A DNA stretch of 64,000 nt from Solirubrobacterales bacterium. Its GTDB lineage: Bacteria > Actinomycetota > Thermoleophilia > Solirubrobacterales > Solirubrobacteraceae. Position numbers and translations under genes: made by a program. The stretch spans positions 2,728 through 66,727 of the forward strand of contig JBBQBV010000001.1 in NCBI GenBank assembly GCA_038318085.1. Direction: 5' to 3'. How positions within the stretch are numbered: position 1 is the stretch's first letter; the number at the start of each line of letters is the position of its first letter. Below the pieces are notes generated by a model. The model saw nothing but the letters and a program-made list of their open reading frames with translations. It was not told where the DNA came from and ran no database searches. Of this stretch, positions 30,638 through 38,546 are shown in pieces.

Positions 30638-31336
30638 ATGGAACGGGAGTGGTTGGAGCGCGAGTTGGCGGCGGGGAGATCGATCGAGTCGATCGCGCGC
30701 GACGTGGGGCGAGACGCGTCGACGGTGTCCTACTGGGTGCGCAAGCTCGGGCTGCGCTCGACGCACGCGGAACGGCACGCGCCGCGGGGCGGAGTCGCGA
30801 TGGAGGTTCTCGAGGCGCTGGTCGCTGCAGGCGCGACCACCCGCGAGATGGCGGTCGAGCTCGGCCTGAGCCAGTCCACCATCCGTCACTGGCTCAAGCG
30901 GTACGGTCTCAGCACGCGCGGCGCGGAGGCGCGCAGAAGGCGGGTGGTGCCGCAGGATGCCGTAACCCGTCTCGGCGTCTGCGCCATCCATGGGGAGGCG
31001 GAGTTCCGGCAGCGACCGGACGGCTACTGGCGGTGCCTTCCGTGCCGGTCGTTACACGTCAGCGACCGACGCCGGCGCGTCAAGCAGATCCTGGTCGAGG
31101 AGGCCGGAGGCCGCTGCGCGCTCTGCGGCTATGACCGCAGCGCCCGGGCCCTGCACTTCCATCACCTGGACCCTGAGGCGAAGCGCTTCCATCTCTCCTA
31201 CGGGGGATTCGCGCGCTCGCTCGCAGCGGCGCGGATGGAAGCCGCGAAGTGCGTGCTGCTGTGCGCGAACTGCCACGCTGAGGTCGAGGCCGGGATCGCT
31301 ACGCTTGTCCCCGCTCCGGACCCGCCTCCGGGGTAG
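30638..31336 (+). CDS. HNH endonuclease with two N-terminal HTH units
   Basis: 232 aa. Duplicated HTH (IARDVGRDASTVSYWVRKLGL / MAVELGLSQSTIRHWLKRYGL), a Cys/His knuckle CAIHGE..WRCLPC, and an HNH core CALCGY..LHFHHLDP..LLCANCHAEVE. It uses visibly more A/T-ending codons than its neighbours. Confidence 0.7.
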   Translation: MEREWLERELAAGRSIESIARDVGRDASTVSYWVRKLGLRSTHAERHAPRGGVAMEVLEALVAAGATTREMAVELGLSQSTIRHWLKRYGLSTRGAEARRRRVVPQDAVTRLGVCAIHGEAEFRQRPDGYWRCLPCRSLHVSDRRRRVKQILVEEAGGRCALCGYDRSARALHFHHLDPEAKRFHLSYGGFARSLAAARMEAAKCVLLCANCHAEVEAGIATLVPAPDPPPG

Positions 31337-31352
31337 CGTGATCCGGGGTAGC
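31327..31352 (+). repeat. 11-nt exact direct repeat TCCGGGGTAGC: end of the HNH ORF and the 5' end of tRNA-Asn
   Basis: Copy 1 at 31327..31337 includes the TAG stop of the HNH ORF. Copy 2 at 31342..31352 is the first 11 nt of the tRNA. They are separated by GTGA. A degenerate third copy, TCCGGTAGGGGAACT, lies at 30611..30625. Confidence 0.8.
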
Positions 31353-31415
31353 TCAACTGGCAGATGCGTCCGACTGTTAATCGGAAGGTTGTGGGTTCGA
31401 GTCCCACCCCCGGAG
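31342..31415 (+). tRNA. tRNA-Asn (anticodon GTT)
   Basis: Hand-folded. Acceptor TCCGGGG/CCCCGGA, anticodon stem TCCGA/TCGGA with loop CTGTTAA, T-arm GTGGG-TTCGAGT-CCCAC, discriminator G, no encoded CCA. The D-stem is irregular: GCTC versus ATGC, or a bulged T. Confidence 0.85.
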
Positions 31416-32645
31416 TTCATCTGCGGTCCCAACCCGTCCATTCTCGGCTGGTTCCGCGACTCTCCCCGCCCATTCCTCGACCGCCCCGGCCGCCGCAGCC
31501 GCGCCGTCATGATCCGCCGACCATGCGGCCAGCGCTCGTGCGCGGGTGCGCAGGTCGGGATCGGCGAGCGCCCGCTGCACGGCGAGCCGGAGCGCGGCAG
31601 CGCAGAGCAGGCGGCGGGGGAGGCGGACGCCGACGCCCGCCCATTCCGCCCGGGCGGCGTTCTCGGCCATGTCGCCCACGGCGGGGCAGACGACGACCGC
31701 GCAGCCCTCGCTCAGGGCACGCGCCAGGGTCCCGTGGCCGCCGTGGGTGATCACGAGGTCGCAGGCCGGCATCGTCCGGGCGTAGGACAGCCAGGGGACG
31801 AGCACGGCGTTGGCCGGGACGCGGTAGCCCGCGCGCCAGGGCGGCTCACGGGCGTTGAAGGTCGCGATCACGCGCACGTCCTCGCGCGCGAGGCCGTCGA
31901 GCGCGGCGCGCAGCAGCGTGTGCCCGGCGTCGTGGGCGGTGGAGGGGGCCACGAGCACGACGGGGCCCGCTCCGCCCGGCGGCTCCACGGCCGACCCCGG
32001 GGGCTCCCACAGCAGCGGGCCGCACACGCGCATCCAGGCCGGCCAGGCGCGCGGGTACTCGAGCTGCGGGAAGGTCCCGACGAGCGTCAGCGAGCGCGAG
32101 AGGCCCGTGTGCAGCTCGTCGCGCGGACCGAGGCCGAGGCGGGCGCGAGCGCCGTTGTAGTCCGCGCGGCCCTGTTCGAGTCCGCGCCGGACCAGCCCGT
32201 CCGTGAGGCCCCACAGCCGCGCGCCGAGCGCGGTGCGCGGCGGCTGCGCGCCGAGGGAGTACGGCGGCATGCCCGCGCCCGGGAGCGGGCAGACGTGGGG
32301 GACGAGGGTCGCGACCGGCACGCCGTGCAGCTCCGCCGCGAGCGCCGGCGCCAGCGTCAAGATGTCTGAGACGCAGGCGTCCGGGGCGAAGCTCTCGACC
32401 AGCCCGACGGTGTCCCGGGTCGCGGCGACGGCCGCCTCGTAGGGCCGCATCGGACGCTCCGGCGTGGGGAAGACCTGGTACTCCGGCGCCGCCGCGAAGG
32501 TCATCCCCGCGGCCTCGACGTCGAGCCGCCACCTGCGCCAGGTCTGCAGGCACACGTCGTGGCCGCGGGCGGCCAGGCGCGACCCGAGCGCGAGCATCGG
32601 GAACGCGTGGCCGGGATCGCCGAACGCGCCCAGCAGGACGCGCAT
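31377..32645 (-). CDS. GT1-family (UDP-glycosyltransferase/MGT-like) glycosyltransferase
   Basis: 422 aa. MRVLLGAFGDPGHAFPMLALG N-terminus and a C-terminal donor-binding region LVITHGGHGTLARAL. The last about 13 codons read through the antisense of tRNA-Asn (..ELRGWDSNPQPSD). Confidence 0.8.
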   Translation of the reverse strand: MRVLLGAFGDPGHAFPMLALGSRLAARGHDVCLQTWRRWRLDVEAAGMTFAAAPEYQVFPTPERPMRPYEAAVAATRDTVGLVESFAPDACVSDILTLAPALAAELHGVPVATLVPHVCPLPGAGMPPYSLGAQPPRTALGARLWGLTDGLVRRGLEQGRADYNGARARLGLGPRDELHTGLSRSLTLVGTFPQLEYPRAWPAWMRVCGPLLWEPPGSAVEPPGGAGPVVLVAPSTAHDAGHTLLRAALDGLAREDVRVIATFNAREPPWRAGYRVPANAVLVPWLSYARTMPACDLVITHGGHGTLARALSEGCAVVVCPAVGDMAENAARAEWAGVGVRLPRRLLCAAALRLAVQRALADPDLRTRARALAAWSADHDGAAAAAGAVEEWAGRVAEPAENGRVGTADELRGWDSNPQPSD

Positions 32646-33679
32646 CAGCCCGCGAGCTCGGCCAGGCTGCGCAGCTGGCCGACGCGGTCCTCGAGCGTCC
32701 AGGCCATGGGCGAGAGGATCAGCGTGCCCACGCCGCCGGAGCGGTAGCCGGCGAGCCGGTCGCGGATGCGGTCGGGCGGACCGACGAGGGTGACGGCGTC
32801 GATCAGCTCGTCCGGCAGGGCGGCTGCCGCCTCCTGCTTTTTGCCGTCGAGGTAGAGGTCCTGGACCCTGCGCGCGGCGTCGCCGAACCCGTAGGAGGTG
32901 ACCAGCGCGTTGTAGAAGTTCTTCTCGCGCGAGCCCATGCCGCCGACGTAGAGGGCGATGTAGGGCCGCATCAGGTCGCGGGCGGCGTCGAGATCCTCGT
33001 CGACGCGCACGGTCACGGTCGGGGCAATGTCAAAGCCCTCGCCGGTGCGTCCGGCACGTGCCCAGCCCACCTCGAGGGCGGATCCGAACTCCGCCATGTG
33101 CTCGGGGGAGACGAGGATCGGCAGCCAGCCGTCGGCGATCTCGGCGGCCAGCGCGGTGTTCCTGGGGCCGATCGCAGCGACGTAGATCGGGATCTCGTCC
33201 TGGACCGGCCCGATCATCAGCTTGAGGGCCTTGCCCGGGCCGTCGGGGAGCGGCAGCTGCACGGTCGCGCCGTCGTAGACGAGCCGCTCGCGGCGCAGCG
33301 CCATGCGCACGACGTCGACGTACTCGCGCGTCCGGGCGAGCTGGCGGGCGAAGCGGACCCCATGCCAGCCCTCGGAGACCTGCGGGCCGCTCGTGCCGAG
33401 GCCGAGCATGAAGCGGCCGCCCGACAGGTGGTCGAGCGTCGCGGCGGTCATCGCCGTCATGGCCGCCGAGCGCGCGGGGATCTGGAAGATGGCGGCCCCG
33501 AGGCGGATCGTCGAGGTCTGCGAGGCGAGCCATGCGAGCACCGTGGCCGCGTCGGAGCCGTAGGCCTCCGCCGCCCAGGCGGAGTCAAAGCCGAGTCGCT
33601 CCGCCTCCTGAACCAGCTCGAGGTGGTCGGACGGGGGTGCCCCGAGCCCCCAGTAGCCGACGTTGATGCCGAGCCTCAC
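32645..33679 (-). CDS. LLM-class (luciferase-like) F420-dependent oxidoreductase
   Basis: GTG at 33679. LGINVGYWG, FDSAWAAEAYGSDA and GGRFMLGLGTSGPQVSEGWHG are typical of the actinobacterial LLM F420 family. Its stop overlaps the GT1 start (TGATG). Confidence 0.8.
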   Translation of the reverse strand: MRLGINVGYWGLGAPPSDHLELVQEAERLGFDSAWAAEAYGSDAATVLAWLASQTSTIRLGAAIFQIPARSAAMTAMTAATLDHLSGGRFMLGLGTSGPQVSEGWHGVRFARQLARTREYVDVVRMALRRERLVYDGATVQLPLPDGPGKALKLMIGPVQDEIPIYVAAIGPRNTALAAEIADGWLPILVSPEHMAEFGSALEVGWARAGRTGEGFDIAPTVTVRVDEDLDAARDLMRPYIALYVGGMGSREKNFYNALVTSYGFGDAARRVQDLYLDGKKQEAAAALPDELIDAVTLVGPPDRIRDRLAGYRSGGVGTLILSPMAWTLEDRVGQLRSLAELAG

Positions 33680-33755
33680 GCCCGGCGCTGCAAGTTCGCT
33701 GTCACGAGAAGGGAAAAGCTTGTCCGGAGCGTGCACAGCGCCTAGCGTGCAGCCC

Positions 33756-34286
33756 ATGAGGCGAGCACGCGACCCTATCACTGAGCTCCGGCGGGCCATC
33801 GATCTGCTGCCCGAGGACACCCGCATAGCGATGCTGGACGGGATCCGAGGGGGCGACAACATCATCGTCGGCGCCTACACGGACTCGAGCGGCGGCATGT
33901 GCCCGATGCTCGCCGCGCACCGCAACGGCAGCCGCTCGGCGGCGCTGGCCTTCGCGCGCTCGTGGGACGGCTTCGCGGGCTCCCGCCGCGCGCGACGCGC
34001 CTCCCGCCGCGAGCTCACCATCCTCGAGACCCAGCTCACCGAGTCGCTGGGCGCGGACCCCGGACCGTCTGACCTGCGTGCCGCGATCGCCGACCACGTC
34101 GCGCTCAAGCAGCGTGCCCTGGAGCCCGAGCCGGTGAAGCCCGCGCCCGCGCCCGAGGAGCAGATCCGGGCCTGGCGCCTGGGCGGCGGCGGCGGTATCG
34201 GCCGCCTGCGGCCGCGCCGGTCTGACGCCGACGCCGAGCGCGTCCTCGCCCGCCTCGAGGAGCACGTACTGGCCGCGACGCGCTAG
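33756..34286 (+). CDS. Hypothetical protein
   Basis: ATG at 33756 inside ORF 33663..34286, divergent from the LLM gene. The codon pattern is consistent with coding. No recognisable domain. Confidence 0.45.
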   Translation: MRRARDPITELRRAIDLLPEDTRIAMLDGIRGGDNIIVGAYTDSSGGMCPMLAAHRNGSRSAALAFARSWDGFAGSRRARRASRRELTILETQLTESLGADPGPSDLRAAIADHVALKQRALEPEPVKPAPAPEEQIRAWRLGGGGGIGRLRPRRSDADAERVLARLEEHVLAATR

Positions 34287-34293
34287 GCGTCCC

Positions 34294-34689
34294 CTACGGG
34301 CCGCCGGCCGCCTGCCGCTGACGCTCGCCGATCCGGTCGACGAGCTGCAGCACCTCGAGCGGGGAGAAGGGCTTGGTCAAGAAGAGATCCGCGCCGGCCT
34401 CGCCGGCGCGGCGCTCGGCGCGGTCGTCGGTCGCGGCGGTGAGCATGACGATGGTCGCGCCCGTGGTCGCCGGCAGGCGCCGCAGCCTCCCGCAGGCGGC
34501 GATGCCGTCCATGCGCGGCATGTCGATGTCCAAGAAGACGATCACCGGGCGGGCCTGCTCGGCCATCTCCAGCGCCTCGACGCCGTCCTGGGCCTCGAGC
34601 ACGTCGAAGCCCGCGACGTCCTCCAGCGTCGTCGCCACGAGGCGGCGGATCAGCGGGTCGTCGTCGACGACGAGGATGGTGCGGCTCAT
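34294..34689 (-). CDS. Single-domain response regulator (CheY-like receiver)
   Basis: 131 aa. ILVVDDDPLIRR acidic pocket, the VFLDIDMPRMDG phospho-acceptor Asp, and the MLTA and TKPF motifs. ATGA overlap with the upstream HD-GYP gene. Confidence 0.85.
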   Translation of the reverse strand: MSRTILVVDDDPLIRRLVATTLEDVAGFDVLEAQDGVEALEMAEQARPVIVFLDIDMPRMDGIAACGRLRRLPATTGATIVMLTAATDDRAERRAGEAGADLFLTKPFSPLEVLQLVDRIGERQRQAAGGP

Positions 34690-35423
34690 CCGACCTCCTG
34701 GCTCAGCGCGATGAAGCGCGCGTCGGGAACGCGGCCGAAGGCCTCGGCCACCTCGGGATCGAACTGCGTGCCCGACACGCGCTGGATCTCCGCGCGCGCC
34801 TTGCGCAGCGTGGTCGCCGGGCGGTAGGGGCGATCCGTGGTGAGGGCGTCGAGCGTGTCGGCGACGGAGAAGATGCGGGCGATCAGCGGGATGTCGTCGC
34901 CGCGCAGGCGGTCGGGATAGCCGTCGCCGTCCCAGCGCTCGTGGTGGTGACGCACGACGAGCTTGGCCTCGCCGAGGAAGTCGATCTCGCGCAGGATCTC
35001 CCAGCCCACCACGGGGTGCTGGCGGATGAGCGTGTACTCCTCGGATGTCAGCGGGCCGGGCTTGAAGAGGATCGCGTCGGGGACGGCGACCTTGCCCACG
35101 TCATGCAGCAGGAAGCCGAACTCCATCTCGGGCGAGTCGACCGCGTCGATGCCCGCCTCGGCCGCGATCTCGATCCCGTAGGCGGTGACGCGCTCGGCGT
35201 GGCGGCCGGTGTAGGCGTCGCGCGCCTCGACGGCGTTGGCCAGCGCGCGCACCGTGGCGCGGTAGGAGCGCTTGAGCTCCTGCGAGCGCTCTCGCTCCTG
35301 CTTGAAGGTCTCGCGCAGGTCCGCGGCGTAGCGCGCCAGCTGGGATTCGCGCGCCGCCGCCTCCTGCTCGCGGTCGGCCAGTGCCGCCCGCAGCTTCTGC
35401 ACCGACGCGTCTTGGAAGTGCAC
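34686..35423 (-). CDS. HD-GYP domain protein (predicted cyclic-di-GMP phosphodiesterase)
   Basis: The HD-GYP core is present: GRHAERV, LLHDVGKVAVPD, HHERWDGDGYP. An N-terminal coiled-coil precedes it. The start is uncertain: GTG 35423 lies 11 nt after the kinase stop. Confidence 0.75.
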   Translation of the reverse strand: MHFQDASVQKLRAALADREQEAAARESQLARYAADLRETFKQERERSQELKRSYRATVRALANAVEARDAYTGRHAERVTAYGIEIAAEAGIDAVDSPEMEFGFLLHDVGKVAVPDAILFKPGPLTSEEYTLIRQHPVVGWEILREIDFLGEAKLVVRHHHERWDGDGYPDRLRGDDIPLIARIFSVADTLDALTTDRPYRPATTLRKARAEIQRVSGTQFDPEVAEAFGRVPDARFIALSQEVG

Positions 35424-35433
35424 CGAGCGAACC

Positions 35434-37878
35434 CTAACGGCCGGCTTCGATGCCGGTGAACTCGCGCAACGCGTCGACCACGGCCTGCGTCGCGTCCTCG
35501 ATCGGGACCGGCGTCGGATCCAGCCGCGCGAGGTCGGACGCGTCCGCGTCCGCATCCGCGGAGAACACGACCACCGAGCGCCGCAGCCGCCGGCCGCGCA
35601 GGTCGAGCTGCGCGAGCGCGGCGTGGGGCGCGCGCATCCCGGAGTCCACCAGCGCGACCTCGAAGTGCGTCTCCTCGCACAGGCGGGCGGCATCGGCGCC
35701 GGAGGTCGCCCAGGCGAAGTCGATGCCGCGCCGGCCGAGCAGCGGTCCGACGACGTCGCGCATCGCCGGCCTGCCGACCACCAGCACGCGGGCGCGCCCG
35801 GCGAGGATGGCCGAGCCGATGGCGTCCGTGAGCTCGTCCGCGTCGATCGGCTTGCTGACCGACCACTCGGCCGCGAGCGTCTCACGGCCAGCCAGCGCCG
35901 ACACCACGATCACCGGCGTGCGACGCAGCTCGGCGTCCTCGCGCAGCGCGCGCAGCACCTCGAAGCCGTCGGCGCCGGTCCCGAGCAGGATGTCGAGCGT
36001 GACCGCGTCGAAGCGCTCGTGCGCCAGCAGCGCCAGTGCCTGCTCGCCGTCGGCCGCGACGCGGACCTCGACGTCGTAGGGCGCCAGCTGGGACACGATC
36101 AGCTCGGCCACCTCCTGCTCGTTCTCGACGACCAGGACGCGCCGCCCCACCAGCGCCCGCCTCGGGTCCGAGACGTCGCCGAGGGCCGGGGCGCGCGGCA
36201 GCCGGACCGTGACCGTCGTGCCGACGCCGACCTCGGACTGGACGTCGATCGACCCCCCGTGCAGCTCGACCAGCGAGCGCACGATCGAGAGGCCGAGTCC
36301 CGTCCCGCTGCTGCCCCGCTCGCCGCGGAAGAACCGGTCGAAGATCCGGTCGAGCTGCTCGGCGCTCATGCCGCGGCCCTCGTCGGCCACCGACAGCAGG
36401 ACCTGATCGCCCGACGCGCCCACGCTGATCTTGATGCGGCCGCCGTCGTCGGTGTAGAGGTGCGCGTTGGTCAGCAGGTTGGTGACGATCTGGCGGATCC
36501 GCGCGGGATCGGCCCAGGCGACGGGCAGCGCGCGGGCTATGTCGAGGTCGAGCGTCTGGGAGTGCTCGTCAAAGCGCGGCTTCATCAGCGCGGCGACCTC
36601 GCGCACCGCCTCGGCGACCGAGATCGGCCGGCGCTGGATCTCGAGCTGGCCCGCCTCCACGCGGGCGACGTCGAGCAGATCGTTGACGAGGTCCACGAGC
36701 CGGTTGGTGGAGAGCAGGATGATGTCGATGAACTCGCGCTGGCGTTCGTTGACGCTCGTACCGCCGAGCAGCTCGACGAAGCCCTTGATCGAGGTGAGCG
36801 GGCTGCGCAGCTCGTGCGACGCGGTCGCCACGAAGTCGCTCTTGGCCCGCTCGAGGCGGACGCGCTCGGTGTTGTCACGGACGGTGAAGACGACGCCGTC
36901 GTCGAGGTTCGGGCCCATGCGGGCGGCGGTGACCGCGAGCGTACGACCCTGGTGGTCGACCTCGACCTCCCGGCCGAGCGCCTGCTCGAGCGGCGGCAGC
37001 GGGCCCGAGCCGGCGACGACGCTGTTGCCGGGCACGACGCCGGGGACGAGCGTCCCGGCGCGCGGGTTGACCTGGATGACGCGGCCGTAGCCGTCGCAGA
37101 TGAGCAGGGCGTCCCCGAGGCTCTCGATCGCGGCAGACAGGCGCCGGCGGCCTACCTCGACCCGCTGCTGCGCGCCCTCGAGGTCGTCGGCCATGGCGTT
37201 GAAGGCGGAGGAGAGCGCCCGCAGCTCGGCCGGGCCGTCGGGCTTCACGCGCGCCCGCAGATCACCGCCGGCCAGGCGCCTGGTGGCGGATACGAGGTTG
37301 GCCATGGGGCGTCGCAGGCCGCCGACGAGGATGGAGACGAGCGCCAGCGCGGCGACGAGCGCGAGCGCGCCGGCGATCCCCGCGGTCAGCACCGCGCGGT
37401 GCGTGCGCGAGGACGCCCGGTCGCGCGCGGCGCCGCGGCGGACGCCCTGCCGAGCGGCGACGGCGGCGACCGCCGCGCGAGCGAGCCGCAGCTCGCCGGC
37501 GAGCCGGTCGATGGCCCGCCGGGACGTCGCGCGCAGCCGCCCCTGGGTCTTGACCACCCGGTCCACCAGGGCTGTGGAGGGCCGGTCGCCGGCGACAGCC
37601 GAGCGCGCCGCCGCGATCGCCTCGTCAAACGCCCGTGCGGCTCTCGCGCGATCCGAGCGGCGCCCGCGCGCGGAGCGCAGGATGGACTCCTCGACCACGC
37701 CGGCCGTCAGCACATTGGAGGCGGCGACCTCGCCCGAGTAGCTGCGCGCCAGGTCGTTCTCGTAGGTCTGGCGGGCGGAGTAGAGGCTTGCGACCTCGAG
37801 CGCGGCGAGGGCGGCGAGGGCCAGCGTCAGGCCGACGAGGGCCAGCAGCAACGACCTGGCGATGGACAATCGGCGCAT
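35434..37878 (-). CDS. Hybrid sensor histidine kinase (2 TM-HAMP-PAS-HisKA-HATPase-REC-degenerate REC)
   Basis: ATG at 37878 (the ORF track starts at a TTG at 37911). H-box ATASHELRSPLTSIKGF, N-box NLLTNAHLYT, G-boxes DEGRGM and GTGLGLSIV. One receiver has Asp in VTLDILL and Lys in SKPID. The second receiver is degenerate. Confidence 0.85.
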   Translation of the reverse strand: MRRLSIARSLLLALVGLTLALAALAALEVASLYSARQTYENDLARSYSGEVAASNVLTAGVVEESILRSARGRRSDRARAARAFDEAIAAARSAVAGDRPSTALVDRVVKTQGRLRATSRRAIDRLAGELRLARAAVAAVAARQGVRRGAARDRASSRTHRAVLTAGIAGALALVAALALVSILVGGLRRPMANLVSATRRLAGGDLRARVKPDGPAELRALSSAFNAMADDLEGAQQRVEVGRRRLSAAIESLGDALLICDGYGRVIQVNPRAGTLVPGVVPGNSVVAGSGPLPPLEQALGREVEVDHQGRTLAVTAARMGPNLDDGVVFTVRDNTERVRLERAKSDFVATASHELRSPLTSIKGFVELLGGTSVNERQREFIDIILLSTNRLVDLVNDLLDVARVEAGQLEIQRRPISVAEAVREVAALMKPRFDEHSQTLDLDIARALPVAWADPARIRQIVTNLLTNAHLYTDDGGRIKISVGASGDQVLLSVADEGRGMSAEQLDRIFDRFFRGERGSSGTGLGLSIVRSLVELHGGSIDVQSEVGVGTTVTVRLPRAPALGDVSDPRRALVGRRVLVVENEQEVAELIVSQLAPYDVEVRVAADGEQALALLAHERFDAVTLDILLGTGADGFEVLRALREDAELRRTPVIVVSALAGRETLAAEWSVSKPIDADELTDAIGSAILAGRARVLVVGRPAMRDVVGPLLGRRGIDFAWATSGADAARLCEETHFEVALVDSGMRAPHAALAQLDLRGRRLRRSVVVFSADADADASDLARLDPTPVPIEDATQAVVDALREFTGIEAGR

Positions 37879-37943
37879 GTGCAGGAGGATCCTGACCGAT
37901 AAGGAAGGCAATGCACCTGCTCGGTCCTATCCTCCCCTGATCT

Positions 37944-38537
37944 ATGGACCTGCTTCGGCTTTGGCGGCGCAGAACCTTCGGCGCGGTGGCGGGCGCGCTC
38001 GTGGCCCCCGTGGCCATCGTCCTGGCCGCCGTGGCGGTCGGCGTCGGCGGTGGCGGACTCGGAGGCCTGAGCTCGATCGGTCAGGCCGTGAGCGGCCCGA
38101 GCCTTCCGTCCGTGGCGCCGCCCGCCGCGAAGGAACCCGCCGCCGAGGCGGGCAGGCTGCTCACGCGCGTGCGTCCGCGCGGCCCCCGGGCCGGCGCGCC
38201 CGCCGCTTCGCGGACGGTGTCCGCGGCGCCGGACTCGGCCGGCGGTCGCTCCGGTGACGGTTCCACGCCGGCCGCGGCGCGCCCGCCGCGCGCCACGAGG
38301 CCGCACGACACGGGGACCTCGCTGCCCGGCACCGGCGCGGTGCCGACCCCGGGCGCGACATCCGCTCCCGCCGCGCCCGTCCCGACCCCCACCGCCACGC
38401 CGCGGCCGAGCGTCATCAAGCAGGTCGGCGACGGCCTGAAGGCGGTGACCGACCAGGTGCCGATCGCGGGGGCACCCGCGGGACAGGTGGTCGACCTGAT
38501 CGTGCAGACGGTCGACGGGCTGACGCCGAAGCCGTAG
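37944..38537 (+). CDS. Membrane-anchored Pro/Ala-rich hypothetical protein
   Basis: 197 aa. N-terminal TM segment (AVAGALVAPVAIVLAAVAVGV), then a low-complexity Pro/Ala/Thr region and a short conserved-looking C-terminus. Divergent from the kinase operon. Confidence 0.4.
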   Translation: MDLLRLWRRRTFGAVAGALVAPVAIVLAAVAVGVGGGGLGGLSSIGQAVSGPSLPSVAPPAAKEPAAEAGRLLTRVRPRGPRAGAPAASRTVSAAPDSAGGRSGDGSTPAAARPPRATRPHDTGTSLPGTGAVPTPGATSAPAAPVPTPTATPRPSVIKQVGDGLKAVTDQVPIAGAPAGQVVDLIVQTVDGLTPKP

Positions 38538-38546
38538 CCGCGCCGG

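Noticed and set aside
35623-37902. 759-aa plus-strand ORF
   Set aside because: It is antisense to the hybrid histidine kinase, whose H, N and G boxes are unambiguous on the minus strand. The composition is shadow-like.
37901-37943. Possible 9-codon uORF (MHLLGPILP) with an AAGGAAGG Shine-Dalgarno, ending 3 nt before the 37944 ATG. It has an AGGAAGG..ATGCAC resemblance to 15146..15165.
   Set aside because: The SD-to-ATG spacing is marginal, the peptide has no regulatory hallmark, and the resemblance rests on one short purine run plus ATGCAC. There is not enough evidence to call a uORF.
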